Origin: Octopus vulgaris
Taxonomy: Eukaryota
Direction of reading: 5' to 3'
NCBI GenBank assembly: GCA_951406725.2
Contig: OX597821.1
Location: 99,200,001-99,264,000 of the forward strand
Length of the DNA: 64,000 nt
Part shown: positions 35,722 to 46,987 of the stretch, in pieces
How positions within the stretch are numbered: the stretch's first letter is position 1
Layout: each line of letters starts with the position of its first letter
Program-made: the position numbers and the translations under genes
Notes under the pieces: model-generated
The model's input: the letters and a program-made list of their open reading frames with translations, nothing else
Database searches by the model: none
What the model was told of the DNA's origin: nothing

Positions 35722-36408
35722 CCGTGTCGGTGGCATGTAAAAGCACCATCCGTTCGTGTCCGTTGCCAGCCTTGCCTGGCCCCCGTGCCGGTGACACGTA
35801 AAAGCACCATCCGTTTCGTGGCCGTTTGCCAGCTCTGTCTGGCCCCCTGTGTTGGTGGCACGTAAAAGCACCATCCATTCGTGTCCGTTGCCAGCCTTGC
35901 CTGGCCCCCGTGCCGGTGACACGTAAAAGCACCATCCGTTTCGTGGCCGTTTGCCAGCTCTGTCTGGCCCCCCAAGTTGGTGGCACGTAAAAGCACCATC
36001 CGTTCGTGTCTGTTGCCAGCCTCGCCTGGCCCCCGTGCCGGTGACACGTAAAAGCACCATCCGTTTCGTGGCCGTTTGCCAGCTCTGTCTGGCCCACCGT
36101 GTTGGTGGCACGTAAAAGCACCATCCGTTCGTGTCCGTTGCCAGCCTCGCCTGGCCCCCGTGCCGGTGACACGTAAAAGCACCATCCGTTCATGGCCGTT
36201 TGCCAGCTCTGTCTGGCACCTATGCGGGTGGCACGTAAAAAGCACCCACTACACTCACGGAGTGGTTGGCGTTAGGAAGGGCATCCAGCCGTAGAAACAC
36301 TGCCAAATCTGACTGGGCCTGATGAAGCCTTCCAGCTTCACAGACCCCAGTTGAACCGTCCAACCCATGCTAGCATGGAGAACGGACGCTAAATGATGAT
36401 GATGATGA
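35722..36408 (+). mobile_element. Family R 3' UTR with expanded 125-bp (61+64) dimeric tandem array
   Basis: TAAAAGCACC-type motif at 35738, 35799, 35863, 35924, 35988, 36049, 36113, 36174 and 36236, then core and (GAT)n tail. Confidence 0.9.
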
Positions 36409-36678
36409 TATATATATACACACACACACACACATTTATATAATTATGAAAGTTTGAGACAGCTCCACAACTAAAAATGTCATTGGCTCACAGGAAATGT
36501 CCATCTCATCAGAAGCTAGAAGTAGAGTGGAAGATTTGACAGGAATTCAAGGTGGCTTCTAGGTGTTTAGGCTTCTATTGGTTAGTTCAGGTCAAGTGGT
36601 ATCAATTCTGCTAAAACAACACAAGGTATCTTCTGAATTTTTAAGTCCATGTGTCCAGGCAGGATGTTGGCATCACAG

Positions 36679-37145
36679 TCATCATCATTTAACGTCTGTT
36701 TTCCATGCTAGCATGGGTTGGACGGTTTGACTGGGGTCTGGAAGCCATGGAGGTTGCACCAGGCTCTAGTCTGATTTGGCAGTGTTTCTACAGCTGGATG
36801 CCCTTACTAACGCCAACCACTCCGTGAGTGTAGTGGGTGCTTTTTACATGCTACCGGCACAGGGGCCAGAGCAGGCTGGCAAACGGCCACGATCGGTTGG
36901 TGCTTTTACATGTCACCGACATGGACGCCAGTCAGGCGGCGCTGGCATCTTCCACGTTCGGACGGTGCTTTTTACGTGTCACCGGCACGGGTGTCTTAAC
37001 TACAATTTCCATTTGAATTTTTATTTTGATGATGTACTTGACTCAATAGGTCTCCTCAAGAACAGCGGGTCACTTTACGATCCACAGTTAGCACAGCAGG
37101 CCGTCCTGCGAGCCACGAACTCACTTCATTTGTCGGGTCTTCGAC
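36679..37145 (-). mobile_element. Family R copy extending into upstream RTE 3'-UTR sequence
   Basis: Core plus 4 unit motifs plus ACTTGACTCAATAGGTCTCCTC, which is shared with 7087-7108. Confidence 0.8.
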
Positions 37146-38106
37146 CTGATATGTTCAGCAATATCAATTCTTTGTATAGATTACTACAAATGGCAGTGTG
37201 GGTTGTTGGCATGAGTCAGCAGCTTGGAGTATAAACACATTAGTTGGAGCAGTCTTTATGTGGGAGCAATCACATTTGTTACAAATGAGGTTGCATAATG
37301 AATATTGCACATACTAAAAATAACAATACAACACATACTTTTGTATATACATACACACACAGGTAACAGCACACCTTCATAATTATCATCATTTAATGTC
37401 CATTTTCCATGCTAGTAAGGGCTTGATGGGAGCTGGTAAGGCCAAGGGCTGCACCAGGCCCCATTGTTAATTTTTGCATGGTTTCTATGGCTGGATGCCC
37501 TTCTTAACACCAACCACTTTATACCATGTACTGGGTGCTTTTTACATAGAACTAGCATCAGTACTTTACATATGGTACTAACACCAGTGTTTTTTATGTG
37601 ACACTATCACCAATCCTTTTTTTCCAGGGTACCGTCACTGGTGCTTTTTTCATGGCATCATCACAGACAAGAATAAATTTTAAAGTCAAACATGCCAATG
37701 TCCCTTATATTTTGAACGGCAAAATTCCATTGAGTGAACATCTGTTGATATCTGTAATGTAAGAACTTTTAAAAAGACTGTGACACTAGAAGTTCCATAA
37801 AAAAGAAATATTTTATTGAAAAATTCAACGAAAAGTTAAATGGACATTATTATTAACATGTAGCTTGATATCAATATTTTCAGATGTGTCTGTTTTAAAG
37901 TTGGATGCAATATAAATTCACCAGCTTCAAGCAGAAATTCCCTTTCACTGATACTATAATATTTTCTAAAGATTTAAATTTATTGAAGTCTCTACAAAAT
38001 GCTTGGTTGATATTCTCAATAAAAATATAAATGGTTACAGGCCGACTCATTACAAAAAGCTTAGTGTGACAATCTACTAACAGAAATATCAATGGTGAAT
38101 AGATTC

Positions 38107-39780
38107 TCAATTGTGTAAACGTTTGTGGACAGACAAAGTACTTTGTTGAGAGAATGTTTTACCACAAAGATCACAGTGATAAGGTTTGTCGCCTGTGTGA
38201 ATATGTCTATGATTCAATAAATGATTATTTTGGGAGAATGATTTACCGCAGATGTCACAATGGTATGGCTTGTCTCCATTGTGAACACGTTTGTGCTTGT
38301 CTAAATAAGAACTGCAAGAGAACGTTTTATCACATATGTCACACTGATATGGTTTATGTCCTGTGTGAATATGTTTATGTCTCAATAAATTACCAGATCG
38401 CGAGAATGCTTTACCACATATATCACAGCCATACGGTTTCTCTCCTGTATGAATAGTTTGATGTGCAGATAATGAATTACTAGCAGTGAATGTTTTTCCA
38501 CAGATATCACAATGATATGGCTTTTCTCCAGTGTGAACACGTTTATGAGATATTACAGAACTACTTTCAGAGAAAGTTTTACCACATATATCACAATGGA
38601 ATGGTTTTTCACCTGTGTGAATACGTTTATGTTTGGTTAAAGATCCACTTAAAGCGAAATTTTTACCACAGATATCACAGTGAAATGGTTTCTCTCCTGT
38701 GTGAAAACGTCTATGTTGGGATAAATATCCACTTCTAGCAAAGTTTTTTCCACAGATACTGCAATGGAATGGTTTCTCCCCTGTGTGAATACGTTTGTGT
38801 TTAGTTAAATGACCACTTATAGTAAATGATTTACCACAAACATCACAATGATATGGTTTCTCACCTGTGTGAATGCGATTATGTGTCAATAAATCCCTAT
38901 TTCGAGAGAATGCTTTACCACAAATATCACAACGGCATGTTTTTACCTTTGAATGAATGCGTTTGTGGTTGGATAAATAATCTTTGGTAGAGAAATTTTT
39001 ACCACATATATCACAGTGATATGGTTTTTCTCCTGTATGAAGAAATTTATGGATCTTTAAATTGCCACTTCGGGGGAATGCTTTACCACAAATATCACAG
39101 TGATATCGTTTTACCCCTGTGTGAACATATTTGTGACTAGATAAATGTTCATTTGTGGAGAACTTTTTGCCACAAATATCACAGTGATACGGTTTTTCTC
39201 CTGTGTGAACACGTGTATGGGTTTTCAAATGAGAAATTTGTGTAAATGTCTTACCACAGATATCACAGCAGCATGGCTTCTCCCCTGTGTGAAGACGTTT
39301 ATGTTTAGATAGATAGGAACTGAAACTGAATGCTTTACCACAGATATCACAATGGTATGGTTTCTGGCCTGTGTGAATAACTTTGTGCACCGTTACTGAA
39401 CTACTAACAGAAAACCTTTTACCACAGATATCACAGTGATATGGCTTTTCTCCTGTGTGAATACGTTTATGTAAAGTTAAAGAATATTTAACAGAGAAAT
39501 TTTGACCACAGATATCACAATGGTATGGTTTCTCTCCTGTGTGAGAAAGTGTGTGTTTATATAAACTACTATTTAAAGAGTATGTTTTACCACAAACATC
39601 ACATTTGTATGGTTTCTGGCTTTTGTGAACAGAGTGATGTTGAATTAAATGTCTTCTAAATTTAAAAGACTTTCCACAGATGTCACACATGTATGATGCC
39701 TTCTCTGTTTGATGAGAAACATTATTATCATCAGGCTGTGTTTCATTATGGACCTGACTCTCATTCAGTTCATCTTCCAT
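38107..39780 (-). CDS. ZNF4: poly-C2H2 zinc-finger protein, 557 aa, 19 fingers
   Basis: 19 C2H2 repeats after a ~30-aa acidic leader ([18 protein letters not shown]...). Confidence 0.95.
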   Translation of the reverse strand: MEDELNESQVHNETQPDDNNVSHQTEKASYMCDICGKSFKFRRHLIQHHSVHKSQKPYKCDVCGKTYSLNSSLYKHTLSHTGEKPYHCDICGQNFSVKYSLTLHKRIHTGEKPYHCDICGKRFSVSSSVTVHKVIHTGQKPYHCDICGKAFSFSSYLSKHKRLHTGEKPCCCDICGKTFTQISHLKTHTRVHTGEKPYHCDICGKKFSTNEHLSSHKYVHTGVKRYHCDICGKAFPRSGNLKIHKFLHTGEKPYHCDICGKNFSTKDYLSNHKRIHSKVKTCRCDICGKAFSRNRDLLTHNRIHTGEKPYHCDVCGKSFTISGHLTKHKRIHTGEKPFHCSICGKNFARSGYLSQHRRFHTGEKPFHCDICGKNFALSGSLTKHKRIHTGEKPFHCDICGKTFSESSSVISHKRVHTGEKPYHCDICGKTFTASNSLSAHQTIHTGEKPYGCDICGKAFSRSGNLLRHKHIHTGHKPYQCDICDKTFSCSSYLDKHKRVHNGDKPYHCDICGKSFSQNNHLLNHRHIHTGDKPYHCDLCGKTFSQQSTLSVHKRLHN

Positions 39781-39971
39781 AACTTTCAGGTTTACTTACA
39801 AATAAATAAAATTTTCTAAAAACCCATAGTTCTGTAATTTTCAGAGAAATATTTCTTTCGATAATTTCAATAATGAATATAGTTTCTTCAGTGAACTTTC
39901 TCAAACAATGTTCCCTATATCTTTGGTCAAGTCATTCTTTCATTTTCAAAATCTCAATACCATCAGATACC

Positions 39972-39995
39972 CTGAAATACATATAGGGAGTATGA
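39972..39995 (-). other. Splice acceptor of the ZNF4 coding exon
   Basis: Minus strand CTCCCTATATGTATTTCAG|GGTATCTG. Confidence 0.75.
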
Positions 39996-40882
39996 TGTAA
40001 GAAACAATACAATGATAACAGAGAGAAGAAATTTTTGATCACAGACATTGAAAACACAGAAAATGATAAAATACAAAAATACAGTGAGAGTATATACACA
40101 GAAAAAAAGACAGAATGGTATGCGTATGCGGATGAAATGGGTGCAGTTAACTACTGATGTACGGAGACATCACTATACCTGTAAATTACCAGAGTCCAAT
40201 GATAATGATTCATTCAGAGAGAAAAGTAATCAATCTAGGTAGTGAAGCTATATTCTAGTTATTTTTTCAGTGTTATCACAGGTATGGAGGAAATACTAAA
40301 CCAAACAATGTCATTATACCTGTAAGTAATACAGTACTACCTGAAATTGTGGGAGGGGACTAGTCAATCACATCGACCCCAGTGTTTCACTGGTACTTAT
40401 TTCATTTACTCCAAAAGGATGATAGGCAAAGTCAACCCCAGCGGAATCTGAACTCAGAATATAGCAATAGCGAAATACCATTAAGCATTTCGTCCAGCGT
40501 GCCAACAATTCTGCCATTTCACCGTCTACACAATCTCATTAATAACAACACATCTTTTACTTGTTTCAGTCATTAGACTGTAGCCATGCTGGAGCACTGC
40601 CTTGAATGAATCAACCCCAGTAACTTATTTATTAAGCCTGGTACTTGTGTTATTGGTCTCTTTTGCCAAATTGATAAATAATGGGGATGGAAATAAACCA
40701 ACACCAGTTGTCAAGCAGTGGTCAGAGACAAATACAAACACATATATATATATATATATTATATATATCATCATTTAGCGTCCGCTTTCCATGCTAGCAC
40801 GGGTTGGACGGTTCAACTGGGGTCTGGGAAGCCAGAAGGCTGCACCAGGCCCAGTCTGATCTAGCAATGTTTCTACGGCTGG

Positions 40883-41000
40883 AATGAAAAATGCAAAACA
40901 TACACTGAAGGATCCTAATTCTTCATCTGATGAAGAATTAGAGTCCTTCTGTGTCTATCCCATGTGCACATTTTGTAGCATTTAATGCATTTTTTCATTT
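40883..41000. repeat. Head-to-head palindrome centred at 40928
   Basis: GAAGGATCCTAATTCTTCATC-T-GATGAAGAATTAGAGTCCTTC; a single-arm copy lies at ~48983-49050. Confidence 0.75.
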
Positions 41001-41002
41001 AT

Positions 41003-41043
<41 letters not shown>

Positions 41044-43314
41044 CATACATACATACATACACACACAAGAGGCTTCTTTTAGTTCCCATTTACCAAATCT
41101 AAACACAAAGCTTTAGTTGACCCGAGGCTATAGTAGAAGGTGCTTGCCCGAAGTACCATACAGAGGGAGTGAACCTGGAACCATGAATCTGGGAAGCAAA
41201 CTTCTCAGCACACAGTCACATCTGCACCTCTTCAATGGTTTTATGGAGTTGAGTGAACAATGCAATTACTGCTATTGTCTTGCATCAGCCAAAAGGAATG
41301 TCCCTCAGAGAGTTCTTGTCATGCGGGTGCCAACTGCTGGGATATACTCTGTCCTTGCTTATATTAAGAGGTTAAGCAAATGCATTATGCAATAGAAGCC
41401 ACAAAAGGTGAAGTTGAATAAGGTAACCTATCTATGACACAAATGGAGGATAGATGAATAGAACAATGGATAAACAAGCCATGATTCACTGTAAACAAAC
41501 TGAATCTCAACAAGGTTCTCCGTTACAAATACATGACGCCAATTAATGTATCGAACTTTACTGGTTTCATATCAGAATCACTGAAGTATTGGTTACAGGT
41601 TTTCACTGCATTTCTGGCGTCAGGCGTGTCAAAGGAGTATGTGCAAGTGGATGTAGAACAAATATCACAAGGACTTTGTTCAGGAACTGGTTTGGCAAAT
41701 TTTTCACAGATATTTATAGGTGCAGGAGTGACTATGTGGTAAGAAGTTTGCTTACCTACTATATAGTTCCAGGTCTGGTCCCATTGTGAGGCACCTTGAG
41801 TAAGTGTCTTCTACTACAGCCCCAGGTTGACCAAAAACCTTGTGAGTGGAATTGACAGATGGAATCTGAAAGAAGCCCCTTGTGTGTGTTTGTATGTGTA
41901 TAATCCAAATAATAAATACTTTAAGACAGCTTTAATGATTAGTTACAATTGTTTCAATGCCAACTCGGCTTACAATGCCTGTTTACGCAAAATTTGAAGT
42001 GAAAATTTATGTAATATTTGCAGCTTTAGAAATTAGAGTAGCACTTTATGAGATTTGCATCAAAAGTACGCTCTTACATTGTAGTTCATGGCTGAATGGG
42101 GGAGCTAATGAGCATCTAAGGGAGCATGGAGAACAAATTACTAGGGGTCAATAAGAGTACATGTTTAAATCTACACCAGACGCTCCCCTTACCATCTCAC
42201 TATCACACACCCTTTCTCCTCTTCACTGTCCCATACTGCTTGTCTATTAAGGGATAACATTAATCCGGTCATATTCTCTCCACTCTCCCACCAAACTGTA
42301 TCACTTTATTTCTACCCCTCCTTCTCTTTTCCACCATGATACCTACGTAATGAAGGACTACATCTCATCTGTTGTCATGCGATACACTTCACCACTTTTC
42401 TGTGCTGTTATCCAAGTTAACATTTACTGACAGTCATCACTGACCTCACTCTCTTAATAGTCAATGTTACCCTTCTGTAAGGTGGTGAGCTGGCAGTATT
42501 GTTAGCATGCTGGACAAAATGCATACAAGCATCTCATCAGCCTTTACATTCTGAGTTCTAATTCCACCAAGGTCGACTTTGCCTTTCATCCTTTTGGGGT
42601 TGATAAAACAAGTACCATTTGATATTTCAGATCAATATAATTGACTTAACCCCTTCCCCCAAATTTACTGGCCTTGTGCCAAAATTTGAAACCAATATTA
42701 CCATTTCTGTGAGTGTCCATCACTTGCTCTCTCCTCTTCTACTAGCAAATATAAAACTATTTATTCTCTCTCTCTATCTTTCAATATTCCTATCACTGGC
42801 TCTTCCATATATCTCCCCTCTACCTCTTTACCATACCACCGTCTTTCCTCATCATATTCTCACTTCTTTCATTGTCTCACCCAAACTTATCTTCTGCTAT
42901 CACCTTCCAGTCAACTACTTGGTTACATTGCTCTGAATGAAAGGAGACAAGAGTAGTGAGCACCCTGCACCATGTTCGATACTTTGTCTTTCTTACCATT
43001 AGGAATATAGTGAACTAGTGGAATAATCAACACACACAGATATGGCTGTGTGATTAAGAAGCCATATTCAGAACCGTATGGTTTTCAGTACAGTCCCACT
43101 GTGTAGCATCTTGGGCAGTTGTCTTCAACTATAGCTCCCGGCCAACCAAAGCCTTGTGAGTGGATTTGGTAGACGGAAACTGAATGAATCCCATTGTGTG
43201 TATGAGCGAAATCACACACACAGACGTATATGTGTATCCTTTTGTTGATACCTTATGACAGTTATTAAATAAGTGCCATTGCCATATAAGCATTGTCATT
43301 AATTCCCAATAAAC

Positions 43315-43607
43315 ATTCGATCGAGGCCGTTACCAGTGCCGCTGGACTGGCTCCTGTGCAGGTGTCACGTAAAAAACACCATTTGAGCGTGGCCGTTGCC
43401 AGTACCGCCTGACTGGTCCTCATGCCGGTGACACATAAAAGCACCCAATACACCCTCGGAGTGATTGGCGTTAGGAAGGGCATCCAGCTGTAGAAACTCT
43501 GCCAGATCAAGATTGAAGCCTGGTGCAGCTGTCTGGTTCGCCAGCCCTCAGTCAAATCGTCCAACCCATGCTAGCATGGAAAGCGGACGTTTTATGATGA
43601 TGATGAT
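43315..43607 (+). mobile_element. Family R 3' fragment
   Basis: Units, core and (GAT)n tail. Confidence 0.8.
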
Positions 43608-43726
43608 TTTGAAAAATCATGTCAAACCATGGGGAAATATTACTTTGCTTGGAAGCAGAGAGAACATCCAGCAGTAGAATATCTGCCCCCCTTAAACATT
43701 TCCTTGCAATTCAGATTTACGATCAT

Positions 43727-44067
43727 CACAATCTGAGAAACAAAGGGGAAATCACTCTTGTCATCAATGTTTGACTTCCTGTAATTGAAAACTGGCGGGT
43801 TTTTCCTTTCGTTTATATTATCATAGTACCGAGTACTCTGAGTGACAAGGTTCCCTGCTATACCTTCTCTATTTCAAGATGCATTTTTCTTAACTAATTA
43901 AAACATCTTTAAGTGAAATGTGCTCACACTGAAATCGGTATTCTCACGTGGAAATAACGTGCTCAAATACTTAATACTTTCGAGAAGTATCAGTTAAAAC
44001 GTAAACAGTTTAAAACCGGGGAATATTGGGAAGGAAAGCGTTTTCTCTAAAATTGTAAGTCTGACAG
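43727..44067. promoter_or_regulatory. Paralog-conserved non-coding block B, ZNF4 copy
   Basis: GGGGAAATCACTCTTGTC, ETS-like GACTTCCTGT (43773-43782), AAACTGGCGG. Confidence 0.55.
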
Positions 44068-44270
44068 AATACTACTATGTCGAGGGGATTATGCACTTCT
44101 CAGTAAGATCCAACATGTTAGAAAAAACGATCTAATACTAATGTGTAGTGAGAAATGGAACGAAATGCGAATTTGGAAACTCGATTCGTTGGCGCCTAGT
44201 AGTTTGACAGAAGATAAATTATTACATTATACTGTATATGTCTAGAGATATAGAGGAAATGTTGTGGTGC

Positions 44271-44395
44271 TCATACCTTCCTTCAGGTGGGTGTGGAGGG
44301 CTGTTCTGTGGTTAGAATTGCACAAATAATAAACATTGGTGAATGTTTGGGTCGGAAACAGAAATAGGCTGATAGCATCCCGGAACCGGATGTTT
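44271..44395 (-). promoter_or_regulatory. Putative ZNF4 promoter and non-coding first exon
   Basis: CCGGAACCGGATG at 44380-44392 and donor AAG|GTATGA (GT at 44276-44275). Shares GTGTGGAGGG and TTAGAATTG with the ZNF2 block. Confidence 0.7.
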
Positions 44396-44436
44396 TCGAG
44401 AGTTTGCGAATACAATTGTGGGTAATTATATATATA

Positions 44437-44946
44437 CTAGCAGTATCTCCCGGCGTTGCTCGGGTTTCTAAGGGAAATAACTATAGAAGCATTTTTAGAG
44501 AGTTACTTCCCTTATAGATGCCAATTCGGGCTTTCTTAGCCATTTCTGTTTTGGTGTCTTCAAGCCATGAAGTTGTTCTAAAAGAACGCTGGTCTCCTTA
44601 ACGACGCTTTACGACGTTGATTTCCTTACACTCCCTTCCCCACAGCTTCACGAGGGAGGGAAGAAGGGGGAGAAGCAAACAGGTGCAGATGTGAGCGTGG
44701 ACGCCAACTCCGCCGCCATCGACACACGAAAAATTATGCATTAAAATGGAATAAAAAATTATGTTAAATTATTTTTAAAATCGTAGACTCATCGTAGACG
44801 CGCGCTAATAGCCGGATGGGCTCGATATTAATCACGACTATAAGATACCCGAATTTGGTTAAACTGCACCGCAAAATGTGGGAGGAGTTAGGAATCTAAA
44901 TCGTAGGAGATAGACACTCACACAACTACAGTTTTATATATATAGA
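44437..44946 (-). mobile_element. Non-autonomous Helitron
   Basis: Minus strand A|TCTATATATATAAAAC ... CCCGAGCAACGCCGGG hairpin ... CTAG|T; no TSD. Confidence 0.85.
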
Positions 44947-45839
44947 TATCAGTCACAGGTCAATTATGTTTGATGGTCCTCTTTGAATGGCTTTCCTAGA
45001 GAAAAATTACAGAATTTTATTTTAGACGTTCGCCCATGTAATAATGAACCATGTCTCATGCGGCCCTCTTCTCGAAAAAGTTTATCCATGCTTGTTTTAC
45101 GTTGTGGAATTTGGGCTCTTCGGTTGACCACATATATTTTGGATCTTGTTAAATTTCCTCCAACCATTTGTAGCTTTTCAAATTTTCACAATATTTTTGA
45201 AAAATAAAGTGGTGGAATTTAACAGGTTCCTGTATACATGAATATATATAATATATATATGTATATGTGTGTTTGTATATTGCAATTACAGTATGGAACA
45301 CAATAGCCATTGAAAAACAAAAACTTAACTTTGTTGTATCATTACTACTGCAACTGGTTCGAAACAAGGCTTGTATGCATAGCCTTCACGGTTTTAAATA
45401 TAATTTTATTTCTCTCATTTATATAGGTCAGTCATAACAATAATAATCCTTTCTACTATAGGCACAAGGCCTGAAATTTGGAAGAAGGGGGTTAGTCGAT
45501 TAAATTGACCCCAGTACTCAACTGGTACTTTTTTTATCGATCCCGAATGAATGAAAGGCAAAGTCGACCTAAGCAGAATTTGAACTCAGAACGGAAGACT
45601 GCCTTAATCATAATCATAATTTTAGCCCAACAACAACAATCTTGAATGGAGATTTAAGTCAAGTACATTGACCCCAGGGCTCAACTAATAATTATTTTAT
45701 CAACCCTGAAAAGATGGAAAAAGTGAAGAAATTATGCTAAGCATTTTCTCTGGCACAGTGATAATTCTGCCAACTCACAATAATAATCCTTTCTACTATG
45801 GGCACTAATCCTGAAATTTTGGACAATGGGGTGGCAAAT

Positions 45840-46172
45840 TGATGGGCCCAATGGTTGTAGTGTTGGGCTCACAATCACAAGGTATTGAGTTTGATTCCCA
45901 GACCAAGCTGTGTTGTGTTCTTGAGCAAGATGCTTTATTTCACGTTGTTCCAGTTCACTTGACTGTAGAAATGAGTTGCAATGTCACTGATGCCAAGCTG
46001 TATTGGCCTTTGCCTTTCCCTTGGATAACATTGATGGTGTGGAGAGGGGATGTTGGTATGCAAAGGTGACTACTGGTCTTCCACAAGCAACTCTGCTTGG
46101 ACTTGTGCCTCAGAGGGGAACTTTCTAGGTGCAATCGCATGGTCATTTATGACCAAAGGGTGTCTTTACCCT
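45840..46172 (+). mobile_element. tRNA-derived SINE (third family)
   Basis: A-box-like TGGGCCCAATGG, B-box-like GAGTTTGATTCC, then GTGTTCTTGAGCAAG. Confidence 0.65.
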
Positions 46173-46394
46173 TTATTACTCCTAGAAAGAAATTGCTAAT
46201 ATTTTCTTCAAACATTTGTTTTGCAGCATTTATTCAAACCCCAAAGAATCCCTCTCAACACATGGCTATAATGCTCCCTCACTACTTCTACTCGTGAGCA
46301 GAGATGCACATATCGTCAGCCACTAAAGGACATGCTCATGTAGTTAAGGTCAAACAACTGACAAGCAAATCTGTGGTATTGAGCCAAATTTTTT

Positions 46395-46770
46395 CTTTTA
46401 TTTGTTTCAGTCATTTGACTGTGGCCATGCTGGAGCACTGCTTCTAGTCGAGCAAATCAACCCCAGGAGTTATTCTTTGTAAGCCTAGTACTTATTCTGT
46501 CAGTCTGTTTTGCTGAACTGCTAAGTTATAGGGGCATAAACACACCAGCATCGGTTGTCAAGTGATGGTGGGGGGACAAACACACACGCATATATATGTA
46601 TATACATATATATATATGACGGGCTTCTTTCTGTTTCCATCTACCAAATCTACTCACAAGGCTTTGGTCAGCCCAAGGCTATAGTAGATGATACTTGCCC
46701 AAGGTGCCACACAGTGGGATTGAACCTGGAACCATGTGGTTCATAAGCAAGCTACTTACCACACAGCCAC
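46395..46770 (-). mobile_element. SINE family B, near full length
   Basis: Reverse-complement match along 9099-9480. Confidence 0.85.
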
Positions 46771-46987
46771 CAAAACAATATTTCTGCTTCAGCAACTCAG
46801 CACTGAATCTGTCTGACATGTAATGGAAAATAGGTTCAGTTTCGAAATATTGCTGTCCAGGTGACAAAAGCAAAGTTTGAAGGGAATAGAAGTCATTACC
46901 TTTGATTTCTAGATAGAAGCAAATAAGAAATAACACTTACTGACCAAAGACAAAAAAAAAAATTTATTACACAGTGTTATTATTATT

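Noticed and set aside
35633-36245. Three overlapping ORFs of 154-201 aa
   Set aside because: Stop-poor readthrough of a GC-rich tandem repeat and microsatellite; no protein features.
35722-36250. CRISPR-like repeat-spacer appearance
   Set aside because: The apparent spacers are repeated A/B units rather than unique sequence, no cas genes are present, and the array is part of a eukaryotic retroelement 3' UTR.
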